Assembly: GCA_965203175.1 (NCBI GenBank)
Contig: OZ241867.1
Span: 4,960,001-5,024,000 of the forward strand
Origin: Candidatus Latescibacterota bacterium
GTDB taxonomy: Bacteria; Latescibacterota; UBA2968; UBA8231
Length of the DNA: 64,000 nucleotides
Reading direction: 5' to 3'
Part shown: positions 56,072 to 64,000 of the stretch, piece after piece
Numbering within the stretch: the first letter of the stretch is position 1
Layout of the letters: each line of letters begins with the position of its first letter
The notes under the pieces: generated by a model
The model's input: the letters and a program-made list of their open reading frames with translations, nothing else
Databases searched by the model: none
Told to the model about the DNA's origin: nothing
Position numbers and translations under genes: made by a program

Positions 56072-57352
56072 TCAGGGCTGGGCGTAGTTGACCGACATCA
56101 TGCCCTCTACGTCCATTGGATCGATGCCGTATTGTTTGGTGAGGCGCTGGTGCTCCGGCGCGTCCGCGGCCGCCTCATCGCTCAGCGGCAGGGCTACCCG
56201 CTGCCCCTCGTTCTGCGCCGACAAATCGCAAGCCATATTCATCGCCAGCGACATCAACGCGTCTTCTTCGTCGAACTCGCTCAGCTGCACTCCCCGCACG
56301 GCGAGCGCAAAATCGGCAATGTGGCTCATGGCCGACGCGCCGTAGTCCTTGCGCAGATTCGAATACTCATTGGTGCGGAAGGGATTTTCGTATTCGATCC
56401 GGCCCATGCTGGTGTCGGCATAGCTCCGGGTCCAGCTACAGCCGTCGTCCTCGTCAGTGACGTCGATGATCTCGTCGGCAATCGAGCGGATTGTCTCCAC
56501 CCCGTGCTCAGGGTCGATCCCAGCGTCCGAACAGCGCCTAAGCTGCATCTTGGCGACCGTAAAGCCCCCCTTGCTTGCTCCCACTCCCGGGTCCTGCGCC
56601 CTGTAGAGCAGCGTCCCCCGCTCGCCCTGCCATTCGGTGTACCCAGGCCGCGGATGCCGCCCCAACCAACCTTTGCCATTGGCGAGCTGATCGGCAACCA
56701 TCTCGCCATCGGCAAAACCGAAGTAATGTGCCGTGAAGTGCTCGCCGGAGTGAAAGCGGTGCGGCATAGAGCGGAAGGACGGCGTCTCTATCGAATGCCC
56801 GATGGCCTGCGCCCACACAGGATGGCCAAAAAAGCGTATCCAGCGCGAGTTGTTGTGATACCCGGTGTGGTCAGCGTAGCTGAAGATGCGGCCAATGCGG
56901 CCGATAAACCCGCTGTCCTTTACCGTAAGGGCGAAGCGGTCGCAGGCAAAGCGGAAGAAATTTTCCGCCACGCGCACCACCACCCCCTGTTCGCGCGCCA
57001 CCCGGATCATCTCCCGCGCCTGGCTTATCAAGCTGCACCAAGAGGTCTCGCACATATTGTGCATACCGTGGCTCGACAGATAGACCGAATACGCGTAGTG
57101 CGACTGCACCGGCGTGACGACCAATGCCGCCTCGGCGATCCCGTCCTTAACTAACTCGCGGACGTTGTAATAAGCCCGTGCGCCGAGTGCTGCGGCCGCC
57201 CGGTCGCAATGCTCCTGGACTGGATCGACGCAAGCCACCACCTCGACCCAATCTTTAAGCGCCGGCAGCAAGGGCTGGTAAGTGGTGCTGGCGCGATTGC
57301 CCGTGCCGATCAGCGCGACTTGTACTGGATTATCTAACTTGGGAACTTCCAT
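56072..57352 (-). CDS. Gfo/Idh/MocA family oxidoreductase (divergent)
   Basis: IGTGNRA Rossmann start, VAEN; EKP replaced by ETS. Confidence 0.75.
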   Translation of the reverse strand: MEVPKLDNPVQVALIGTGNRASTTYQPLLPALKDWVEVVACVDPVQEHCDRAAAALGARAYYNVRELVKDGIAEAALVVTPVQSHYAYSVYLSSHGMHNMCETSWCSLISQAREMIRVAREQGVVVRVAENFFRFACDRFALTVKDSGFIGRIGRIFSYADHTGYHNNSRWIRFFGHPVWAQAIGHSIETPSFRSMPHRFHSGEHFTAHYFGFADGEMVADQLANGKGWLGRHPRPGYTEWQGERGTLLYRAQDPGVGASKGGFTVAKMQLRRCSDAGIDPEHGVETIRSIADEIIDVTDEDDGCSWTRSYADTSMGRIEYENPFRTNEYSNLRKDYGASAMSHIADFALAVRGVQLSEFDEEDALMSLAMNMACDLSAQNEGQRVALPLSDEAAADAPEHQRLTKQYGIDPMDVEGMMSVNYAQP

Positions 57353-57367
57353 GACAGACCTTTCCGT

Positions 57368-58327
57368 CTACTTGCGAACGCACTCGTAACCAAGCGCCTC
57401 CAACCCCTGCCGAATACTCGCGATCTCCGCCGGTGCCAAGTCCCGCAGGGGCCGCCGCATCTTCGGCGAGGGGAACTTGCCCAGCAGCCAGCGGGCGCAC
57501 TTCATGCGCTGATGCGCGCTCGACGATGGCTCGCCAAAAGCATAGACGATGCGGTTGAGCGGCTCGACCTTTTTCTGCACCTCCTTGGCTCCAGCCAAAT
57601 CCCCATCCAACGCCCGCTGCACCAACTCGACGATCAGCTCGGGCACAAAACCGGCAAAGCCGACTAGCGCCCCATCAGCCGCCTCCAGCAAGCTGGGCAA
57701 CAAAAACTCGTCGTGGCAGGTGATGATCGGCACGTCCGCGTTGACCTTTTTCAACTCTTGGTAGTCGTAGAGCCAACGGCTCATATCGCGGGTGCCCATC
57801 TTGATGCACTTGACTCGGGGAATCTGCACCAGCGCCTTCATCTCGTCGAGCGTATAGCCGGCCTTGGTCCACGCTGGATACTGATGCACCACAATGTCGA
57901 TCCCGGCCGAGGCCACATCCTCAAAAAAGCCCACCGCGGTCTGGCTCGACCGACCAAAGCGCAACCAGTGGTGCGGCGGCATCAACAAGATCGCATCGGC
58001 CCCGGCTTCCCTAGCCGCCAGCGCATGGTCGATGCCCTCCAAGCTGCCCTCGACCGACACGCCGGAGATCGTCTTCACCGCGCGCCCAGAAGCCTGGACC
58101 GTCTCGGCCACAATCTGCGTCACCCGATTGCGCTCGGCCGGGCGCAGCGACATGATCTCGCCAGTATGACCGTTGCAGGTCAAGCCATCGACGCCATCGA
58201 CCGCAGCTAATTCGGCGATATAGTCCCGCAGCCCTTCTTCATCAATCGACTCGTCGGCGTGGAAGGGGCACAGGGTCGCGGGAAACACACCCGCCCAGGG
58301 GTGATCCCGCCAACTAGTAGCAGACAT
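57368..58327 (-). CDS. DHDPS/NAL family aldolase-dehydratase
   Basis: NGHTGE, GADAILLMPP, Schiff-base Lys in CIKMG. Confidence 0.85.
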   Translation of the reverse strand: MSATSWRDHPWAGVFPATLCPFHADESIDEEGLRDYIAELAAVDGVDGLTCNGHTGEIMSLRPAERNRVTQIVAETVQASGRAVKTISGVSVEGSLEGIDHALAAREAGADAILLMPPHHWLRFGRSSQTAVGFFEDVASAGIDIVVHQYPAWTKAGYTLDEMKALVQIPRVKCIKMGTRDMSRWLYDYQELKKVNADVPIITCHDEFLLPSLLEAADGALVGFAGFVPELIVELVQRALDGDLAGAKEVQKKVEPLNRIVYAFGEPSSSAHQRMKCARWLLGKFPSPKMRRPLRDLAPAEIASIRQGLEALGYECVRK

Positions 58328-58456
58328 AGGGCCTTCCTTTGGCTATGTGAGGCCGGGAATTAAGGGAGGCGCGCTTGGCCCGTCAAGCGGCCTTGACACC
58401 GCCATTGCCCCATTCGACACTACTGCCCATCACTCCAAACCAAGGAAGGCCCACCC

Positions 58457-59710
58457 ATGACTGCCACTATCACCCACGTCGAACGCTTCACCCTGCAAGT
58501 GCCGTTTGTCGAGCGCGTCCGCCGCGACATGGAACGCGCCGGCATCCACACTTGGTCCGAGCTTGAAATCACCCGCGTCGAAACCGACGCCGGCGTTGTC
58601 GGCTGGGGCGAGACCATTCAGAACTATACTTGGGGCCGCGTCCAAACCCACGAGCGCGTCCTCGGCCAATCGCCCTTTGCCGTCATGTGGGACGACTCCT
58701 TGGGTGCCGGCCTGCAGATGGCCCTCTTCGACGCCGCGGGCAAACTAGCCGGCGTGCCGCTCTACAAGCTGTTGGGCACCAAGTGCCGCGACTGGTGCGC
58801 CATTTCGTTTTGGGACCACGACATGTCGCCGGAGCGATACGCCATTGAGGCGCAAACCGCGGTCGAACTCGGCTACACCTGTATAAAAATCAAGACCCGG
58901 CCGTGGTTCGACGTCCGCGAGACCATCCTCCAAATCAGTGCCGTCACCCCCGACCACTTCCGCATCGACGCCGACTGGAACGCCTTTTTGAACAACGCCT
59001 CCAACGCCATCCCCCTGCTGCGCGAGTTGGAGCAGACCTTCCCCAAGATCAAAATTTTCGAAGATCCCATCCCGCGCCACGACGCCTCCGGCAACCGCTT
59101 CCTGCGCACCCAGATCAGCACGGCTATCGCCCATCACTACGGCGTAATCCACCCCCGCGAGGCCATGGAGCTAGGCGGCGTCTGCGACGGCTGGATCTTG
59201 GGCGGCGGCGTCAACGGGATCACCAGCCAAGGCCACACATGCGAGGCGCTGCGCATGCCCTTCTTCCTGCAAATGGTCGGTGCCGGGCCAACCACCGCAC
59301 TTTCGCTGCACCTGAGCGCCGTGCTAGTCCAAGCCCAGTGGCCGACCATCACCTGTCACGAGTTGTACGAGCACAGCCTGCTCAAACAGCGAATCGAGGT
59401 CATCGGCGGCCACGCCCAGGTGCCCGAAGCGCCGGGCTTGGGCATTGAGATCGACGAAGAGGCGCTGGCAAAGTACCGCGTCGATCAAGCCGACCACAGC
59501 CTACCCAAACGGCTGGTCAAGGTAGCCCGCGCCGGCGGCATCAACATCTACTTTGCCAACTCCGGGCAGAAGTGGACTTTCTTCCAGGGCGGCAACCATC
59601 CTGTTGACGAATGGGGATCGAGCACCGAGCTACTCGACGACGACGGCAGCGCCGAATTCGCCGACCTCTACGCCCGCGCCGCCGAGTCGCCGGTACTGAC
59701 GACGGAATGA
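58457..59710 (+). CDS. Mandelate racemase/enolase superfamily protein
   Basis: GVVGWGE, ALFDAAGK.AG.PLY.LLG, KIK, D.N, EDP, PGLGIEID. Confidence 0.88.
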   Translation: MTATITHVERFTLQVPFVERVRRDMERAGIHTWSELEITRVETDAGVVGWGETIQNYTWGRVQTHERVLGQSPFAVMWDDSLGAGLQMALFDAAGKLAGVPLYKLLGTKCRDWCAISFWDHDMSPERYAIEAQTAVELGYTCIKIKTRPWFDVRETILQISAVTPDHFRIDADWNAFLNNASNAIPLLRELEQTFPKIKIFEDPIPRHDASGNRFLRTQISTAIAHHYGVIHPREAMELGGVCDGWILGGGVNGITSQGHTCEALRMPFFLQMVGAGPTTALSLHLSAVLVQAQWPTITCHELYEHSLLKQRIEVIGGHAQVPEAPGLGIEIDEEALAKYRVDQADHSLPKRLVKVARAGGINIYFANSGQKWTFFQGGNHPVDEWGSSTELLDDDGSAEFADLYARAAESPVLTTE

Positions 59711-59736
59711 GGCGGAGCTGAGCGGCTACGCGGTCG

Positions 59737-59769
59737 TCCACGGGCGCAAGATGCTCCTCGTCAAATAGG
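59737..59769 (+). repeat. 33-bp direct repeat, left copy
   Basis: TCCACGGGCGCAAGATGCTCCTCGTCAAATAGG, identical to 60507-60539. Confidence 0.92.
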
Positions 59770-59854
59770 AGGCGGTTTGGTAATGTCTGGGCACAGCGTG
59801 CATCTAATTGGCAATACGCTAGAAGAGGACTATTATAAAGTCTGCCGTGGTCAC
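59765..59854 (-). pseudogene. Possible degraded transposase N-terminal fragment
   Basis: AGAGGA RBS, GTG, then MTTADFIIVLF*RIAN*MHAVPRH, resembling from memory IS982-like N-termini (MTTxDFIxxLFCRVDD..VPKH); two in-frame stops. Confidence 0.35.
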
Positions 59855-59925
59855 GGGTGTCCTCTTTGGCGTCGGGGCAGTCTGGGTCGGTGGCCCTGCT
59901 GAAGCGGCGTGCAGGGCAAATGCCA

Positions 59926-60213
59926 ATGGGACAACTTTTTGACGTGATTCGACAACTGATCGCCGAGGAGCGTTATATCATCGGCCAGCACGCCTCCGAG
60001 CGCTTGGAAGAGCGTGGTATCATGGAATGGCAGGTGGTTGCAGGAGTGGAGGACGGAGAATTGATCGCCGAGCGACCAGACGCGACGCCTAATCCGGCCG
60101 TCGAGATGCGCGAATCATTGCCCGACGGTATGGAGTACAAGGCCGTTTGGTCTCATCTGCGTCATGTTGGTGTCGCTAAGCTGGTAACTGTGCATTTTTT
60201 CGACGGAGGTTAA
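59926..60213 (+). CDS. DUF4258-like putative toxin
   Basis: Y.I.QHA.ERL.ERGI...GELI..P...LVTVH pattern. Confidence 0.7.
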   Translation: MGQLFDVIRQLIAEERYIIGQHASERLEERGIMEWQVVAGVEDGELIAERPDATPNPAVEMRESLPDGMEYKAVWSHLRHVGVAKLVTVHFFDGG

Positions 60214-60216
60214 GTC

Positions 60217-60444
60217 ATGCGTATTCCTGGACAGCGAATCAAGCGGACACGACTGATTCAGACCGATAAGTATGTCGTTGCGGTAGAGGTGGAAATGGTC
60301 ATCCCGGCCGATGATCCGAGCGAGCCATGCTATGAATCTGAAACTATTCAGTTCCTCCGGGAGATCGAAGCGCACGCCAAGCGGGAAGATGTGGCTTGGT
60401 TGACCAAAAAGGGTAAGGTCTATGCTGCCGTGGATGCGGCTTAA
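60217..60444 (+). CDS. Putative antitoxin partner of the DUF4258 protein
   Basis: GGAGG RBS, 3 bp after the upstream stop; 75 aa, Y..VEVE.I..D..P...GKVY. Confidence 0.6.
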   Translation: MRIPGQRIKRTRLIQTDKYVVAVEVEMVIPADDPSEPCYESETIQFLREIEAHAKREDVAWLTKKGKVYAAVDAA

Positions 60445-60506
60445 GAGATGGATCCTTGCACCCGCCAGCGGCGTATATGTGTATCAGTTGCAGGCCGGTC
60501 CGATCA

Positions 60507-60539
60507 TCCACGGGCGCAAGATGCTCCTCGTCAAATAGG
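60507..60539 (+). repeat. 33-bp direct repeat, right copy
   Basis: Identical to 59737-59769. Confidence 0.92.
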
Positions 60540-60654
60540 TTCTGTTATTCCAAAAATAAATAGTATATATTTCACCTAAGTGTGGAGTCGGCCGAAACTC
60601 TTTCCCGCCTCTGGTAGCACCCCGCAACCCGCCCCTCGATCGGAGAGTCGTCCC

Positions 60655-62091
60655 ATGCACTTCGACGCTTACGATCTCAACGCCGCAATTTACGATGAGA
60701 TGTTTCTGCCCGACGGCACGCCCCGCGAGCACTGCCGTGAGTTATACGACACCCTGCGCCGGCTTTCCGACGAGGAACTCGGCGCAATCCAAGAGCGAGT
60801 AACGCACTCCTTTTCCAGCGAAGGCATCACCTTCACCGTCTATGGCGATGACGAGGCCGACGAGCGCATCATTCCCATCGACTGCGTGCCCCGGCTCCTC
60901 TCGGCTGCCGAATGGAGGCATCTCGAAAGCGGCCTAACCCAGCGCATCAGTGCCCTGAACCGCTTCTTAGAAGACGTGTACGGCGAAGCCCGCATCATCG
61001 CCGATGGCGTGATCCCGGCCGACGTGGTGCGCGGCTGTCCCCAGTACCGCATAGAAATGCGCGGCGTCTCCGTCCCCCACGGCACGTGGGTCGCCGTCTG
61101 CGGCACCGATCTAGTGCGCACCCTCGACGATGGCTTCCTAGTGCTTGAGGACAACCTGCGCGTGCCCTCGGGCGTGTCCTACATGATCGCCAACCGCAAG
61201 GTGGTGAAGACCAGCTTACGCCGCCTCTACCGGAGTTGCCGCGTGCGCGAGGTAGAGCACTACGGACAGGTCCTACTCCAGACTTTGCGCGACCTCGCCC
61301 CCGATGGATGCACCGACCCCTGCATCGTCCTCCTGACGCCCGGAGTCTATAACTCGGCCTTTTACGAACACATGTTCCTAGCGTATGAGATTGGCGCGTC
61401 GCTCGTAGAAGGCCGCGACCTGCTGGTCAACGATGGCTTCGTGTACATGCGCACCACCAAGGGACTGCGGCGCGTCGATGTGATCTATCGCCGAGTAGAT
61501 GACGATTTCCTCGACCCTCTCGTCTTCCGCCCCGACTCCCTGCTCGGGGTGCCTGGGCTACTGCACGCCTTTAAGCTCGGAAACGTAGCTTTGGCAAACG
61601 CACCGGGGACGGGCGTAGCCGACGACAAAAGCGTCTATGCCTACGTCCCCGACATGATCCGCTACTATCTAGGCGAAGAGCCAATCCTCGCCAATGTAGA
61701 AACCCACCTGTGCCGACGGCCGGAGGACCTGGAGTACACTCTCGACAACCTCGAAAACCTAGTGGTGAAGCGCGTGGGCGAATCCGGCGGTTACGGTATG
61801 CTCATCGGCCCGCACGCAACGCCCGCCGAGCGCACAGCCTACGCCGAGGAGCTTCGCGCCGACCCAGCCGATTTCATCTCTCAGCCGGTCCTCTCGCTGT
61901 CAAGCGCACCCTGCTTCATTGAGGGCCGAGCCGAGCCGCGCCACGTTGACCTGCGTCCTTTTGTCCTCCACGGCCGCGAAACCCGCATCGTGCCCGGGGC
62001 CTTCTGCCGCGTGGCACTGCGCCGGGGCAGCCTCGTGGTCAATTCCAGCCAAGGTGGAGGCGGCAAGGACCTTTGGGTACTGGAGGACTGA
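60655..62091 (+). CDS. Circularly permuted type 2 ATP-grasp protein
   Basis: GITFTVY, LEDNLRVPSGVSY, NSAFYEH, DVIYRRVDD, ADDK, SGGYG, VVNSSQGGGGKD. Confidence 0.92.
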   Translation: MHFDAYDLNAAIYDEMFLPDGTPREHCRELYDTLRRLSDEELGAIQERVTHSFSSEGITFTVYGDDEADERIIPIDCVPRLLSAAEWRHLESGLTQRISALNRFLEDVYGEARIIADGVIPADVVRGCPQYRIEMRGVSVPHGTWVAVCGTDLVRTLDDGFLVLEDNLRVPSGVSYMIANRKVVKTSLRRLYRSCRVREVEHYGQVLLQTLRDLAPDGCTDPCIVLLTPGVYNSAFYEHMFLAYEIGASLVEGRDLLVNDGFVYMRTTKGLRRVDVIYRRVDDDFLDPLVFRPDSLLGVPGLLHAFKLGNVALANAPGTGVADDKSVYAYVPDMIRYYLGEEPILANVETHLCRRPEDLEYTLDNLENLVVKRVGESGGYGMLIGPHATPAERTAYAEELRADPADFISQPVLSLSSAPCFIEGRAEPRHVDLRPFVLHGRETRIVPGAFCRVALRRGSLVVNSSQGGGGKDLWVLED

Positions 62092-63066
62092 ATGCTCTCG
62101 CGCAGTGCTCAAGGGCTGTACTGGATGGGCCGCTACCTTGCGCGGGCGGAATATCTGTGCCGCCTGCTACGCCTGCAAGTAGAAGCGCTGGTGGACCGGC
62201 CAATTGCTGAGATCCATTTTGGCTGGAACCGGATCTACACTACCCTAGGGCGGCAACCACCTTGGGGTAATCTCACGTTCGACGAGAGCGACGACTACAC
62301 CTTGGCCGATTCCTACACCCTAGCGGGCGATCTCACGTTCGAGCGCGACAACCACGATTCGGTGCGGAACTGCTTCGCCCTCGGCCGCGAGAACGCCCGC
62401 CAAGTGCGCCACTGCATCAGCGCCGAGATGTGGACTTGCCTGAACTTGGCTTGGCTGCGTATCCGCGACCTCGACATCGAGGACATCTGGAAGGTCTCCC
62501 CAGAGAGCTTTTACGCGGAGACCTCGCGGGAAATCGACACCTTCGCCGGAGTGGCCGAATCGACCATGTACCGCGACGAGGGCTGGAACTTCATGCGGCT
62601 CGGCCGGTTCATCGAACGCGCCCAGCTTAGAGTCTCCTTGCTCCTCGCGCAGTGCACCGCTAGGCGCGCGCAGAGCGAGACCTCAGATGCGGACTGGACG
62701 AGCCTGTTGCGTTCATGCAAGGCATTCGACGCCTACAAGCGCAACTACAGCGTCGAAATCCAGCCCGATCGGGTGATAGACCTGCTCGTTACCGATCCCC
62801 TGCTGCCCGGCTCGCTGTGCCGCGTGCTCGACGCGCTGGCGACCGAGCTAGCGGCCATTGGCGTGAGCCCCGGCTCACACGCGGGAGAAGCAGCCGAGCG
62901 GCTCGCCGGCCGGCTCGGCACCTTGATCCGCTACGAGTGGCCGGATCGGGAAGATCGAGAAGCAGTCCTCGCGCAGGTGGGCGACGACTGCCGCAAGCTC
63001 CACTCACTCGTGACTACTGCGTATATCGACTACGCCATCGAGGACTCTCCAGTGCAAACGCCATGA
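62092..63066 (+). CDS. Alpha-E domain protein (DUF403)
   Basis: MLSR.A..LYW.GRY..RAE, RENAR..R..IS.EMW, GRFIERA. Confidence 0.9.
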   Translation: MLSRSAQGLYWMGRYLARAEYLCRLLRLQVEALVDRPIAEIHFGWNRIYTTLGRQPPWGNLTFDESDDYTLADSYTLAGDLTFERDNHDSVRNCFALGRENARQVRHCISAEMWTCLNLAWLRIRDLDIEDIWKVSPESFYAETSREIDTFAGVAESTMYRDEGWNFMRLGRFIERAQLRVSLLLAQCTARRAQSETSDADWTSLLRSCKAFDAYKRNYSVEIQPDRVIDLLVTDPLLPGSLCRVLDALATELAAIGVSPGSHAGEAAERLAGRLGTLIRYEWPDREDREAVLAQVGDDCRKLHSLVTTAYIDYAIEDSPVQTP

Positions 63067-63935
63067 CCGGAGCCGTCCGCTACGAAATCGAACACATTTC
63101 TCACTATTCCTACACGGCCCCAGTACAGCAGTGCGTAATGCTTCTGTGTCTGGAGCCGCGCCAGGACCGAGGGCAGCAGCTCCTCGACTTTGAGATTGAG
63201 ACATCCCCTCCGGCCAACCTAAACCGCGAGACGGACTGTTTCGGCAACACGCGGCACCTCCTCGACCTCCACCAAACGCACCAAATCTTAGAGATCACAA
63301 CCCGCTCCACGGTCGAGGTTGTGTCCGCCCGACCGCTCCCAGCGCGCTTGCACTCCGGTGCCTGGGCAGAGATCCGCTCCCGCAGAGAATCGTGCGCCGA
63401 TTGGGATTTCACGCACCCGAGCGCACTGGTGCGCCCCTCGCCCGCACTCACCGAGTTCGTCGACCGGCACCGCATCGAGCCTGGAGACGACCCACTCGAA
63501 AGTCTGATGCAACTGTCGCACACACTCCACGACTGCCTGCAATACATCCCGGGAAGCACCACGGCGGAATCCCCCGTCGAGCACATCATCGAAACCGGTC
63601 GTGGCGTCTGCCAAGACTACGCCCACCTCATGATCACCATTGCGCGCTCTTGGGGCATCCCCACCCGCTATGTCTCGGGCTACCTGAACCCAACCGATCA
63701 ATCCGGCGAGCAGACACCAAGCAACGCCACGCACGCTTGGGTCGAATGCCGATTGCCAGAGCTTGGCTGGGTCGGCTTCGACCCAACCAACCAGAGTTTC
63801 GCCAGCGAGGGAGGGAAAGTACACATCGCCGTAGGACGCGATTACCGCGACGTGTCGCCGACGCGCGGCGTCCTCCAAGGCGGCGGAGCAACCCGTCTCG
63901 AAGTCGATGTGCGGACGCGTTCTTTTCCTACTTGA
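63063..63935 (+). CDS. Transglutaminase-like protein
   Basis: ATGA overlap with alpha-E; D.FGN, GVCQDYAH, RYVSGY, HAWVE, FDPTN, GRDY.DV.P. Confidence 0.92.
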   Translation: MTGAVRYEIEHISHYSYTAPVQQCVMLLCLEPRQDRGQQLLDFEIETSPPANLNRETDCFGNTRHLLDLHQTHQILEITTRSTVEVVSARPLPARLHSGAWAEIRSRRESCADWDFTHPSALVRPSPALTEFVDRHRIEPGDDPLESLMQLSHTLHDCLQYIPGSTTAESPVEHIIETGRGVCQDYAHLMITIARSWGIPTRYVSGYLNPTDQSGEQTPSNATHAWVECRLPELGWVGFDPTNQSFASEGGKVHIAVGRDYRDVSPTRGVLQGGGATRLEVDVRTRSFPT

Positions 63936-64000
63936 ACCACCCTAGGCATAGTTCTTAACTTGAGGGGAAATTCAACCACATCACATGGGAGGGAATTATG

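Overview
GC-rich bacterial DNA, densely coding. I found no rRNA, tRNA, CRISPR array or intact mobile element. The secreted proteins end in FlgD-Ig/T9SS-like or SWGRIK tails, and there are LRR, sulfatase and PhyH proteins. This suggests an FCB-superphylum organism such as Latescibacterota or Gemmatimonadota, possibly host-associated (inference only). The standout is a ~21 kb minus-strand locus (6210-27280). It carries two paralogous one-component sigma-54 activators: a double beta-propeller + Y_Y_Y sensor fused directly to AAA+/HTH, with no signal peptide or TM helix. It also has three identical sigma-54 promoters, and phased palindromic enhancer-like repeats start 124 bp upstream of two of them. 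Its shuffled array of secreted genes comprises five TolB-like propeller proteins with constant ends and variable cores, three CBM-like/FG-GAP/FlgD proteins, a repeat-containing TlpA thioredoxin and a STAS protein. Junction scars show duplication and deletion. The rest of the window holds catabolic enzymes, several with non-canonical active sites, including a sugar-acid cluster. It also holds a HEPN protein, an LRR-metallopeptidase lipoprotein, a long ECF sigma factor, a DUF4258 toxin-antitoxin-like pair inside 33-bp direct repeats, and a circularly permuted ATP-grasp/alpha-E/transglutaminase operon. Products are called from motif recognition only; no database search was run.
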